A stretch of DNA of 63,747 nucleotides, filler included, from Octopus bimaculoides (GCF_001194135.2; 5 parts of 5 records of this genome joined end to end with filler, not necessarily neighbours in it); one strand, 5' to 3'. Counted from the first letter of the whole stretch, positions 29,700 to 42,640 are shown. Notes: generated by a model from the sequence alone, not told the origin. Numbers and translations are program-made.

Positions 29700-29969
29700 T
29701 CCCTTTATCATAGGTTTTGTTGCAGTTCCTGCATGCGTAGCGGGCTTGCTATCTGCAGCCTCTTCTTTTCAGTTATCCAATACTTTCCTGATTATTCTGG
29801 CCGTGCCAAGGAGGAAAATCTTTTGTAGCAGTTCTACTGGGCACTCTATTCCAATTTCCTTTATATTCCTCTTGATGCCTTCTGATGATACCGATCCCAA
29901 GGACTCAACAATAATTCACACTATCTTCACCTTCTTCCTTTTCCATAGTCAGGCTATTTCGTAGTTAAG
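29700..29969 (-). mobile_element. R4/Dong-like non-LTR retrotransposon 3' end (RLE domain C-terminus plus 3' UTR)
   Basis: Minus translation LNYEIA*LWKRKKVKIV*IIVESLGSVSSEGIKRNIKEIGIECPVELLQKIFLLGTARIIRKVLDN* (stop at 29769-29771) is the typical LQKxxLLGTARIxRxVL terminus. It is followed by a short UTR and an (ATC)(AAC)(AAT) tail. Confidence 0.8.
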
Positions 29970-29978
29970 AGTGCTGTA

Positions 29979-30045
<67 letters not shown>

Positions 30046-30181
30046 CTATCTATCATCTATCTGTCTGTCTTTCTGTCTTTCTGTCTGTCTGTATGTATTT
30101 CTGTCTTTCTGTCTGTCTGCCACCCTCTGCGGCTTGTGCTCATACCACGTCTTGCCTCTCTCTAGCACTAGCTATTATTAC

Positions 30182-30216
<35 letters not shown>

Positions 30217-30742
30217 GTAGTAGTAGTAGTAGTAGTAGTGGTTGTGGCGGTGGTGGTGGTGGTGGTGGTGGTAGTAGACGATGCACTATTATTTGCTTTA
30301 GTTTTCTGGAATTCAAAACTATTGAACAAAAAGTTGTTTACATTCTATTGATTTATTCTAACATTTTCTTTCTGTCAAAAGTTTATGACATCAAATCACA
30401 TGCGTATATTTTTTTTTATGATCATTATATTAAATATTATTGAGCGTAAATAAAACATAACTTCTAGTTGGAAACAAATAGAACTAAAGCAAATTCTCGT
30501 TGCAAATAATTCACACGTTAATAATAAAGATTCATAGCTGTAAATCATCTACTACGACGGTCGAGAAAGGAGTGTCCTCTGTGGAGGTCACTCGATCTAG
30601 TAGAAACAACAACCAAATCTCTTTTAAATCAAAATGTGTCTTCTTGCTAATGTAAGTGACATGGAGGTGTTTTTCGTCTTTACGTAGTTCCATAAATAAA
30701 GGTCGGTCACAAATCTCTTCCCTCAGAATTGCCTTGAGAAAA

Positions 30743-31056
30743 CGGCGGCGAGCTGCTAGAAACGTTAGCACGCCGGGCGAAATGCTTAGTGGTATTTCGT
30801 CTGTCTTTACGTTCTGAGTTCAAATTCAGCTGAGGTCGACTTTGCCTTTCATCCTTTCGGGAGTCGATAAATTAAGTACCAGTTACGCACTGGTGGTCGA
30901 TGTAATTCACTTAATCCCTTTGTCTGTCCTTGTTTGTCCCCTCCAAGTTTAGCCCCTTGTGGGCAATAAAGAAATAAGAAACGTTAGCACGCCGGGTGAA
31001 CTGTTTAGCGGTATTTCGTCTGTCTTTACGTTCTGAGTTCAAATTCCACTGAGGTC
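30743..31056 (+). mobile_element. tRNA-derived SINE family B (octopus OK-type): full copy plus tandem partial second copy
   Basis: ggcggcgagctg..gaaacgttagcacgccgggcgaaat...gagttcaaattc..gaggtcgactttgcctttcatcc...gcaataaagaaataaga, restarting at 30979. Confidence 0.85.
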
Positions 31057-31178
31057 GTTCCTATAACCTTTTGCTGGTAGGGCACGGGAAATATTTTATC
31101 AAAGTTTTTTTGTCTCTGTATACGACCGGTTTTACATAGAATCCAATGCGGGTATCATTTCCATTCAAGCGCTCCTTT

Positions 31179-31308
31179 GGAAAATGGAATATACGAGAAA
31201 CTTTATTGCTTACAGCGATCGTTACGACCCATGCTGCATCGATTTCTAACAGGTGCGATACTATGCACGTAGTTGTGGTGCATCTCACGGCGTAGAAATG
31301 TCTCGTAA
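31179..31308 (-). repeat. Degenerate inverted copy of the 31311-31447 hammerhead unit
   Basis: Minus strand cagcatgggtcgtaacgatcgctgtaagcaataaagtttct aligns with plus caggatgggtcgaaacgatcgttgtgagcaatgaagtttct (5 mismatches in 41). The internal part also aligns. Core is mutated (GAAA to GTAA). Confidence 0.75.
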
Positions 31309-31310
31309 TA

Positions 31311-31414
31311 TCACCTGATGAGATACATCTGCTCCAAGGGATGCACCACTACCACCCGCATAGTAGCGTACCCACGAGGGAGCAATTCAGGATGGGTCGA
31401 AACGATCGTTGTGA
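31311..31414 (+). ncRNA. Type I hammerhead ribozyme motif (PLE-type, palindromic stem III)
   Basis: Stem I tcac/gtga; CTGATGA at 31315-31321; stem II closed by G31322-C31398 and extended by TGCTCC/GGAGCA; GAAA at 31399-31402; stem III AC-GATC-GT; cleavage triplet GTT. Confidence 0.75.
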
Positions 31415-33546
31415 GCAATGAAGTTTCTAATACAACCCATTTTCCGCTTCTATCATTTATCATATACTCGACAAACAATGAGGGATTCCTGAGGTAGATC
31501 CTGTAAAAATACTGAGGGTGACGTCAGGTAGCCATAGGCATCGAACGTTCTTCACCGACTAATTACTAGGTACATATCCAATGCTTAAATAACTATTTGA
31601 TTGTGTGTGTGTGTGCGTGTGTGTTTACACACACATAAAACAATTCCTGTGTTGGTGTCTACAGTAGCCATATTGTTATCTGTGCCTGGTCATGCCTGTC
31701 TATGTAGGTATTTGAGTAATTCTCTGACCGTGAACTCACATATAAAGAAAGATACTAACACCAAGGCTCGAACCAGTTACCGCTTGACATCATTAGGATT
31801 GTAAATGTTTTTTCTCTCAAATTGGTGATTATCATTAACTACCGGAATCGTCCCCGCCCACACTAGCCGGAATAATTAAAATAATATTAGTCAATAATTA
31901 ATATCATTTTTTCCTCACCATGCAATTATTTCTAGCGAGCTATTTAATGCTCATGGCATTGAATATGTTGGTACAAACTTTATTAATGTTTTAGCATTAC
32001 CTTCACTTCACTCATGTTTATCACTGCACAGGAGCACAGAAGTGGCTTCTCCATCGCTTTCAATGATGAGCGTTTTAAATATTCGGCCAACTGAACTACG
32101 TTCTCATCGCGTTATAACGTAAATAGCTGAATATTTCGCAGTCATATGTACTTTTAACTAAGCCGTTTGCGGTATCATCATACTTCAGTTATTGTCACTA
32201 TTGTTCTTGAGCCTCAGACATCTCTGGAACTAAGGCATTCCAGCCATGACAATCCTGTTTTTCAGTAGTAAATATAACGGGCTATATCATCTCATGTCTC
32301 CTTTTTCACCATAGCAGTAACAGTAGAGAACGATCCGAGTTGAGCCGAGGAAGATATGGTTGGTATTTCTAGTTGTCTGAGCGATCACGTATAGGCTCAG
32401 TCGTTAGTAGTTTGTATTACCGGTAAATTTCATCCAATGTGTTTTCGCACAGTTTCTCATTATGCAGGTTTAGTCATAAATCTTGGGCAGACTCAAAGCT
32501 TAGTCAAATGATATTCACCTAAGGTACCTTGTGACGGGATCGGTTGGGACGTTATGATCGAGAAGTAGACCTGTTAATCACTTAGCTATGCTTGTGTCCA
32601 CACTGACACATACAGATACAGCGATTTTACTCGTATACTCACAAACATAGTTATACCTACACACACATCATACACACATACGCATAAACATTCACATATA
32701 TATTCTTTATTGGGAGCCACGAACGGATTTTGCCAAGGTTTATGTGCATGTACGTATGTGGTGTGTATTCGGTCAAATACTCAATAAGTACAATATAGAG
32801 TTAATTCTTATTTCACGATTACAACTCTCGTTTCATGTATCGACCAAAGTTTTCCAATGGAATCGAGTATTGTATGAAGCCCGTTTCTATTATCTTATTT
32901 TCATTTTTTATTTTTTTAAACAAATATTTACAATCAGAAAAGAGCAATCAGAGGTTATAAAAAGCATTTTAAAATCCCATTAATTTTAACACCATTAGCA
33001 AAGGAGGCCATTATTAATGTCTTTTTTTTCCGTTCCCCTTTGTTTTGTGTGATTATAAATATTTGTTCAAAAGCCAAAAACATTAGGCTTTTAATGATAT
33101 TCGGCTCCTGAGGGAAGTTCTGATTTCAACTTGAAAGGGTTGATTCCGTTTCAGAGCCAGTATTTAAATATCAACAATGCTAATAACCAAGTAAGTTTAA
33201 ATGTATTTTATATACTTCTAAAAAGACGAGACTGTCATCGCTTTTTATCAAAAGCGTTTCAGCTATGGCAATCCTGAGCTTTTAGAGGTTTATGAAACTA
33301 TACACACCTATCACCCTACTTACCATGAACCTATACATTCACCTATCAACTTACTAACATACGTATATTGGTACACATATAATTACTGCATACACATACC
33401 TAAGCGAAGATGTACTAATTCACGCAGTCAGTCATTGACATTCACGCACATATACGCGCACACACATACTTACACATATACGCACATGTGCGTGCACATA
33501 CATAAATATAAATATGTATATATGTATATGTATATGTATATAGGTA

Positions 33547-33617
<71 letters not shown>

Positions 33618-34289
33618 ATCGATGCATACACACAGACACACAAACACACTCTCACACTCGCACATGCACACACACACACANNNNNNNNNNTACACACAGA
33701 CACACAAACACACTCTCACACTCGCACATGCACACACACACACACATACACACACACACGCATACATATATATATATATGTATATACACACACACCCACA
33801 CATACAGAAGACACTTTTCAAAGAAAATCAGAGGAAAGTGCATGTTACCATGGTGATGTGCCATACACTAACTCTTCAGCGGCCAAGTGGTACCATCGCT
33901 AGAGCTGCAACGGGATTGTTTCAGGTAATCTTCCTACTCACTCTGCTGTGAGTTCAAAGTCCACCGAGGTCGAGTTTGCCTTACATCTTTTCGGAGTTGA
34001 TAGATAAAGTACCTGTCCAGTGCTGGAGTCATATCGTTTCCTTCGTTATTTCTTTCTGTCTGTCAGCATATTTTTCTCGAGGACATTGATTGTGGTCACG
34101 TCAAAAAGTGCTCAAACATGAAACAGATTACGTTAGCGTCCATAGGACTTTATCACAGAGTTGGGACCCAAGGAAAAACCAACCAAAGTGCCATTTATTA
34201 GCAAACGTTCAGTAACCCCATACTTATGGGATAGAGGATAGGTGTTTGTTGTGGAGAAGATTCTGTGAATGGCTCTCCACGTTGAATAA

Positions 34290-34830
34290 GGCCTTAGGCT
34301 CTTTTCAGATGGCTATGTGAGGTTGCTGCAGACTGTGGTCAAACGCTGGTTGAAAAGGGTTTCTGTTGGAAGGCCATATGCGTCTGACAGACAGCAGTAT
34401 TCGGCTCCTTGCCATACCCCCGGAAAGAGTCAGAACTGGTTGTCGAAGAATTTCTACAACTTCTCCAGCCTCAATTTCTGGCTTTCTAATTCCCTTTATT
34501 GTAAACCCATGAATTACTACATATGGGGCGCAGTTAAGAAGGACACCAACCGCTCAGCTTGCAACACTAAGGTCAAACTGGCGGTCAAGATAAAGGGCAT
34601 GTTCGAAGATATTTCCATGGACACAATGAGGAAGGCATGTATCAGGCTCCAGAGCCGTCTTGAGGCTGTGGTGGAAGCTGGGGGCAACCACTTTGAGCAA
34701 ACTGTTATTTCTCAGCCACTATCTAGTTAAAAAAGTTTCATTCTTTTAAATACTTTTATATTTGGATAGGATATTGTGTTTTCTTTTCTTTTTATGCAAA
34801 CTGTCAAATATAACCTGAATATCCTCTGTA
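34290..34830 (+). mobile_element. Tc1/mariner (DD37D/maT-like) transposase C-terminal fragment with probable right terminus; inactive
   Basis: GLRLFSDGYVRLLQTVVKRWL...QQYSAPCH...WLSNSLYCKPMNYYIWGAVKKDTNRSACNT...RLEAVVEAGGNHFE matches QQDSAPCH / WPPNSPDxNPxDYxxWG. Two catalytic Asp positions read Tyr and Asn. Sequence ends ...atcctctgta, a TA-type end. Confidence 0.85.
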
Positions 34831-35545
34831 TGTATATATCTAAACATTCATGTACTCACACTTGTAAATTCTTTCCTGTTTGCTCTTTGCTAACTCATTA
34901 ATATAAGGTTCGTCCGTCGACGTAAGACAGTCGACAGATCAACAGTCTTTCAGATGTTAGAAATCATTAATATCGGTTCTATGTCACATTGCTTCTCACA
35001 GCAGATGGATTAGCATAAATATTGATCGAACGATCTTTAAGATTTTCTAAGATGGATATCGGTGTTAAGAGAAGTCTATGCTTTTATAAGCCTGTTTGTC
35101 GCCAAGAATGCTAAAACTGGATCGATTTCCTTGCTACTTCTATGGCGACGTTGTCATGATAGTAATATTAAAACGCTCATTTCTCGATTGTAAATGAAAC
35201 TAATACTCCTTGATTACAGTCATCATTACAAAGGAAACGGCATGTTGAAAAAACAATGGCAGAATTTATTATTGCTATGAAAGTGGATATTTAGCCGAGA
35301 GAAGGAGTTTTCGATATCGTAGTCTTGACAGTAGAAATAATAGCAGTGGTTGTTGTATTAATAGTAGTAGTGGGAGTGGTGGAAACCGGTGAAGGAGGTG
35401 GTATTTGACAATGTGGTTTGTATTGGTGTTGTTTTGTAGTGGAGGTGGTAGTGGTGGTTGTAATGGTGGTTGTAGTGGTGAGAGTAGTAAATACTATATC
35501 GCTGATTATTATTTCCATCATCTTCGTTTTAATGACCGTAATAAT

Positions 35546-35546
35546 T

Positions 35547-35612
<66 letters not shown>

Positions 35613-35628
35613 CACCACCACTACCACC

Positions 35629-35685
<57 letters not shown>

Positions 35686-35695
35686 NNNNNNNNNN

Positions 35696-35741
<46 letters not shown>

Positions 35742-35757
35742 CACCACCACTACCACC

Positions 35758-35833
<76 letters not shown>
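35546..35833 (+). repeat. Compound (ACT)n/(ACC)n microsatellite
   Basis: Direct reading; appears duplicated across a 10-N gap. Confidence 0.9.
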
Positions 35834-35836
<3 letters not shown>

Positions 35837-36264
35837 ATATTAGTTAATCGACAGAGTGGCAGAAACAGAAGCTTCGGACAAAACATGTTGAAGTGTTTAA
35901 GTCAACGCACGTTTACGTTCTGGATTCAAATCTTGCCAAGGTTCTTTGCTTTTTTTAATCCTTCTGGTGTCGTTATAGTAAGAAAAGAAAAACAGAAGAA
36001 GAAGTCTAAGCAAATACTGCTTTCAATCATATCGACTGACCACTTCCTCAAAATCTGAACCTTGGTGTATGAATAAGACATCATCATTCTTATTATCTTA
36101 TCTCATGTTTATACTCGACTAATTCATTTTACTCTGTAGGCTGTGACCTGGTCTTTAAGACGCTGGGCTGATAATTATTGAGTCGTGAGTTTTGCGTTGC
36201 TCCATTCTACTCAGCTGTAATGAGGGCCAGTTTACTGCTGGCGCAACCCACCCCGTCCTCATTT

Positions 36265-36466
36265 ACTCTTTTCTACTCTAGGCACAAGGCCCGAAATTTT
36301 TTGTGGGGGAGGCCAATTGATTAGATCGAACACAATACGCAACTGGTACTTAACTTATCGACTCCGAAAGGATGAAAGGTAAAATCGACCTCAGCGGAAT
36401 TTGAACTGAAAACATATAGACAGACGAAATACCGCTAAGCATTTCGCCCTCGGTGTGCTAACCCCA
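36265..36466 (-). mobile_element. SINE family B copy
   Basis: caactggtacttaacttatcgactccgaaaggatgaaagg...gacagacgaaataccgctaagcatttcgcc. Confidence 0.8.
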
Positions 36467-37178
36467 TCGCCATTTATTACAACCAGGATGGTCAGCTGGC
36501 TAAATGGCTTGCAACACCATAGTCACCTGAAATAATTAGTGAAAGCATATTAAGGACAACCAAATCTTTACTCGCTCGTGAGTGACGGCTGGTTTTACTA
36601 TTTGCTTTTATTTGACTCACCAGGTTCCTTGTCCAAACCTTACCAGGTACTTTTTTTTTGGTGGAGGGATCCAACCGACGGATCCTTTTCAAAACAGTAT
36701 TGCTTTGAATTTGTATATGTTACTTTCTACGGTCACGAAAATTTGATATCCTTTTTCTGTTGTCAGTCTTTTGGCATCCGGCCAAGCCGAAGCAACACCT
36801 TCAAGGGTTTTAGGCAATCCTATAAATACCAGTTATTATTCTAGTATTTGTTTTATCGATCTCTGTTTACCGAATGGCTACTTAGCCTTTTGGTACAAAA
36901 ACAACGTAACTCAGCGAACAATGTCATTGGTTTGGATAAACAAAGTCAACAACGAACACAAACGCACACACATACTCACATATACACACACTTATAAACG
37001 TATACAACTTTTCTTCTTTATTTTCATTCCATCCATGGACGATTCTGATAGCCTGTTAGCTTGTTTTGTGAGGGGTGTCTAGCTTCTTATTCAACCCTTT
37101 AACATTTCCGGTGAGGGAGACCCTGTGAATAGTCTCTAATGACCCTTTTCTCGACGTAAGGGAGAGCGAGGGGGGGGG

Positions 37179-37214
<36 letters not shown>

Positions 37215-37754
37215 TAGAGAGAGACAGACAGACAGACACAAAGAGAGACAGACAGAAAAAGAGAGGGAGGATAATCGACTCCAGTCCTTGAAAAGTACTT
37301 ATTGATCGAAGAAAGATGAATGGAAAACTTCACCTCGGCAGTATTTGAACTAAACAACTTAAATGCTCCGAACAAATTGCCATTAGACGTTTTTTCTCGA
37401 TGTTTTAATAATTCTAATAACTCGTTTCATTCTTTAAATAAATACTAGAGGAACCCGTGAATATTTCACGGAATTAATGGTTAACATATTGGGTTATTTC
37501 TGCAAACTTTATTGAAAAATCCTGAAAATGTAGCCTGTATTGTGTCTGAATGGAAAGATAGTCGTCCGTTTGTTACTCGTTGAAATGTGAAAGAAATTGG
37601 AATACGATGATTACTTAATGCACTTTATATATAATTCCGCTGACGTCGAATTAGTGTTTCATTCTTTCGAATCGATAAAATAAGGACCATTTGAAACTAG
37701 GGTTGATGTAATTTTCACCGAAATTGTTGGCCTTGTAGAAACAATTATCATACA

Positions 37755-38035
37755 GGCACAGAAGTGGTTGTGTGGTAAGAAGCTTGCTTCCCAACAACAT
37801 AGTTCCGGGTTCAGTCCCACTGTGTGGCATCTTGGGCAAGTGGCTTCTACTACAGCCTCGGGCTGACCAAATCCTTGTGAGTGGATTTGGTAGATGGAAA
37901 CTGAGCGATGCCCGTGGTATATATATGTGTATGCATATGTACATATGAGTTTGTGTGTCTGTGTTTGTCTCCCACAATCGCTTTGACAACCGGTGTTGGT
38001 TTGTTTGCGTTAGAATAAGCCGATAGAATAAGTTA
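37755..38035 (+). mobile_element. SINE family A copy
   Basis: ggcacagaagtggttgtgtggtaagaagcttgcttccc...cttgggcaag...gacaaccggtgttgg. Confidence 0.8.
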
Positions 38036-38322
38036 TAGGATAATGGCCATGAAGAAGTTTTCCTGTCTATTCCTATTTAGGTATGTTAGAGAAAAGTTCT
38101 GCCTTGATATGTTTTATCTTTGGTTTTTAGTTTCTGCTGTTTTATCTATATCAAAAATCTTCCACTTATCCTTATTGTTTATTGAAATTTAATGGCAGTA
38201 CTTTGTCCATTCTCTACATACATACATACATACAAACATACATATATGTGTGTGTGTGTATATATATGTATATACATATACGTATGTATGTATATGAATG
38301 TATATATATGTAATGTATGTAA

Positions 38323-38360
<38 letters not shown>

Positions 38361-38539
38361 AATAACTTTTGGCTTTACTCCGTTTTCTTGCCATACAAAT
38401 TAGCTTGTATCTGCTTCTTTCCAGATATTTTTATAGTACCATGCATTATCATTTACTGTTCGATCCATCTCCTTTCTTTCATGTCTGTGTGTAATAGATA
38501 CGTCTCATCAATATTGAAGAAGTAGGTCGCAATTAATTG

Positions 38540-40330
38540 ATAAATTTTATGCCTTCTATTTCTAAGGCTTTCAGTTCACTTCAATTCTAATATATTGAAT
38601 CTCTCGCTTTTGACTGCCATAACTATTACATATTTATTTATATTCTTATTCCTGGCGAGTTTTCAGTGTTTAATTTTTTTATTAAATTGGCTCTTCGGCT
38701 GCATGAGTTTGTAATGTTGTCCTTAATTTTTATACGTTGCAATATATCAATTTATCTTACAAACACTGTTTTTGTTCTAAATTTCTGATTACAGTATATA
38801 ATTATGAACTTAGTATATTGAATTTTAATATATTTTTCTCTTCCGATAACAGCTTTGGCACACTTTTCCAATTCGATACACGGTTTGATATCAATGCTAA
38901 ACCTCCGTGTAGTTTTTAGCAGGTTCCCCAACAGAGACGTGTTTTTTGTTTAGAATTTTACATAATTCATGTTGAAGGTTTTATTTATATTTTGTTTGTA
39001 GCATCTGCAATCATTCATGATTTGATTCAATTATTTAATTAAACGATTTTGTTAATGAGATCAAAGAGAGTTAGAAAACTGAAGCAGATAAGGAATGTCT
39101 CTCTCCCATCTCACTCTCTCTCTCTCCCATCTCACTCTCTCTCTCTCTCCCATCTCACTCTCTCTCTCTCTCTCTGAAAATTGGTCAGGTTTTTATCAAC
39201 ATTAATCATGCAGTGTTATTGATTTATTTTTAAACATTATTGATATATACTGACTTAGTATTTAACTCTATTGATGTTACATCTCTAATATCCAGGAAAA
39301 GGAAACGAGGTCGAAAGATTTTCAGTAATCAATCCGTGCCGGGCTGAAATACTTTTCCTTTTCTTTAATTTTTTCTTTTACTGTTGTCTTTAAAAACTGC
39401 TGTGTTTACAAGAGTCTGTAAATACGTTAATGCATATTCTTTTGGCACGCTTTCTGTTCCTCTACTATGTGTAGGCAACCAGATTTGTTTTTAGAAACCT
39501 GATATAGTTTTTTTTTCTTCCTTAGTAACTTGTCGGGTCTCAGTGATAATCATTGGAGTAAATCAGTAAATGCTACTCTCAGAACTCATGACAACTTTAT
39601 CGATTCCGGAAGCTTTCTTCTCTACAAGTTATGCTTCGTCATGCCTGTAATATTATTTATTGTATTATTCGTCTTTTCCATTTATTAGACGTCCATAATT
39701 CGGATCATTATGCTCCCTGTCTATGATAATGTTCCGTTTTCTTTCTTGTGTTCCATTCATTCTTTCACTATAATAATCTTTTGTTGATGTCTAGGCATAG
39801 AATATCTTAGTATATTTCAAAGGCATTGGCTCACACAATGGCTGCAGTACAATAGCTAAAACCAGAAAAAAATAAGATTTCTATAAAAAAATAATGTAAC
39901 AGAAAAATATCCTGAGACCGCAATCTAATGATTGAAACTAGTAAAAAATAAGAAACACCCAAAACTGAAGTTAATTACTCAGGGATGTCATCAACATAAA
40001 AATAACAGTTAAGTGACAACACATATTTAACGATGAGCAACAAATGTGATTAATGATGTTTTGAATAAATACCTAAAACAGTATTAGTTTCAAAACACGT
40101 TTCTGATTGAAAAATTCCACACGTTTTCTACAATGTTTTATTCCAAAATATCTGTCTAGGGACATATCTGTTGGTTTAAGATTCTTCCCTTTTTTCAAGA
40201 CGTCCTACTATTTACTCGATATTGTAAGTTCTATGTATTCTCTCAATTTTCTTTTTCCACGATATCTGTTGTCCTTTCTATTTCACAGGTTAAACATTAG
40301 AGATTTTCTTGATAATTGATTTTATATTGA
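38540..40330 (-). mobile_element. Highly degraded R4/Dong-like retrotransposon ORF (N-terminal region to RT)
   Basis: Broken frames in the correct order on minus: WKKKIERI...RKRVEFFNQKRV (40.0-40.3 kb); FNMNYVKF*TKNTSLLGNLLKTTRRFSIDIKPCIELEKCAKAVIGREK (38.8-39.0 kb), resembling FYMDDLKLYAKN..LxGLLxTV..FSxDIxMxFGLxKCAK; SELKALE (about 38.57 kb). Confidence 0.6.
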
Positions 40331-42329
40331 TATTTTCTGCCCATTGTGTTTAAAAAGTCTGTTGGGTAAACAGCCATGAGAAGTAATCATTAAGCCCCGA
40401 TATATTTATATATATATATATATATATATATAAAGTGCACATGCACATTACTGAACATTTCAAGTACACGCTGCAATCAAGATCTTATTGAAAGTGACAT
40501 TTCAATTTACTGTGGAGTATTGCTTTTTAACGCCTTTTTATAGTTCTAGAAATATAAAAGTTGAACAAATATTTGCAACGTTGCTTTCTACAAATCAATT
40601 TTAACCCCAGCCCCAACCAAATTACGATGATTCCCGTGTCCTTTTATATTTGTCTGTTATTGCTGAAAAAGCAGAAAGCTTAATAAGAAAGCTGGTTTTG
40701 ACTTACTTACACCAATTGGGAATAACTACACAAGTGTACCCCCTTCCACGATTTCGCCTCCTCATAGCTTTCAGAAAATGGGAATTTTAAATGAAGGTTT
40801 CTGCAAATATTTTTTAGATGACTTAGATCATCGGAATTTAATGTAAAACTATGGGGAGGAGCATTTTCCCCGTATCTCAACTTAATTTTCGTCATACATT
40901 TTGATCATTTGATTACAATTACCTTTGAGAACTATTCCACACTTTCCAGAAAACCCTCTAAAGGAAATGATTATTTTCATATTTACATTTGATACATCCA
41001 AGGAAGATCGAACGCAAAATATGTTGGTCGCTGAAGTGTACGTAATGGTGAAACAACGCCACATTTTTATGACGACAAAGTATTCATAACAGTCTCGGCT
41101 CACTGGCGTTCGAGGCTCTGAGACGCCAGTGTTTTTCTGAAAGAAATCTTTGTGGAAAGGGAAGTTCAATGCTAGTACTAATTATTGAATTTATATTGGA
41201 TTCATATTTTAGCACAAAATCATTAGTTTCTGGAATGGATAAATCGATTACATAAACCCTTATTTCTAGCATACGTAGGTGCTAGAATGAATTTGATGGA
41301 GCTAAGATGAATTGTCAGCATGAGTGGAGGTGTAGTCGATACGGGCAACAAGACTTAAGTACCGTACCCCTGATTATGCGGTAAACAAAGGTATTATATT
41401 TGGAGTGTTGACTACTATTACGAATTTGTTTCATCATTTTATTCGATCTCAATATATATATACACATATTTCGCATACCCTTAAGGCAGCAGCCAAATGA
41501 CTGAAACGTGTAAAACAAAAAATAAAATATGTGTGTGTGTATGTGCGTGCATATATGCATATAAACATATGCATATATATGATATACATATATACACATA
41601 ACACACTTACACAGACACACACTTGTACACACACATACGGACACATACATACACACACATCACGTATTGTCTAAATTTTATTAAAATTATTTCATTTCAT
41701 ATGTGTCTCTAGTATCTTTATAAATGCAGAAAGAACACAACGCCAATGAAGGATTTTTTACTGAGGCCAACAAATTTATTCGTTATATGAATGATAACAC
41801 TTTTTATAGACAGCGATAAGTTTAAGCGATTGATGCGAAACACTGGCTTGTCAGTGAGGGAAATAATATTTTTTAATGAACACTATGAGTCGAATGAGAG
41901 TCAGATTGCCGACTGACGTCTAGTAATTAATATCCTATTTAATTATAATTACCAAACATATAATAATAACTATAAAATATAACTTATAATTATTCTATAA
42001 TTAAAATAATAATCATATAATTATTCTATGATTAAAAATAATAAAACTATGCTAACCAACTTTATATCATGTCTATATCCATCAAATATGATTTAAAAAT
42101 GGCCCAACCATTTTGATGTAAGTTCGGGTTGCCATTTTGTGATAGAAATCCCTGCAAGAATGTTTGCATAATGAAATTTCTAGTTAAGTTGAAATATTGA
42201 GTTCCATTAACATACAGAAAGACTTTCTTTCTTAGTCTCTTATCACTGCCCTGCAGTATTCAGCAGAGCACTCATTTACTGTCTCCTGGAGATCAATTAG
42301 TGATGAACCAAGTGGTACCATGTTGTCTG

Positions 42330-42640
42330 TAATTAACAGCCAATCGATCCTACAAACACCGATTGTGATATTCCTTCCACAACCGATGCACATGTTGATT
42401 TAGTTCATCAAAACTATGAAAACAGAGAGATGACAGTACGCGCCCTTGCTGCATTCTAACTCACACGTTGAAAGGTTTCCACATAGCACTATTCAACAGA
42501 AAATGTTCTGAATATATCGACTTCAAAGCGATCGATTTCATTTGGTCGAATTGCTCTAGATGCACAATATGGACTTCAGATACAATTTACAATTACAAAA
42601 TGCAAAAAACTGGCACCGTTAAAATACAGAAGGCGATCTT
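42330..42640 (+). mobile_element. Possible degraded Helitron PIF1-like helicase fragment
   Basis: DLVHQNYENREMTVRALAA resembles FPxxxQNYxNxEWLxERAILAP, and HYSTENVLNIS resembles NYPTEFLNSL. Multiple stops. Confidence 0.35.

Noticed and set aside
35546-35833. Apparent tandem duplication of the ACT/ACC block; likewise about 33625-33750 and 4010-4140
   Set aside because: Identical sequence on both sides of a 10-N gap indicates unmerged contig overlap.
37444-37472. ACTAG followed by the small hairpin ccgtgaa-tat-ttcacgg
   Set aside because: It resembles a Helitron/HINE terminus, but no matching second end or other copy is present in the window.
41720-41880. Possible mariner C-terminal relic (FYRQR...EGNNIF*)
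   Set aside because: Similarity is too weak to separate from chance.
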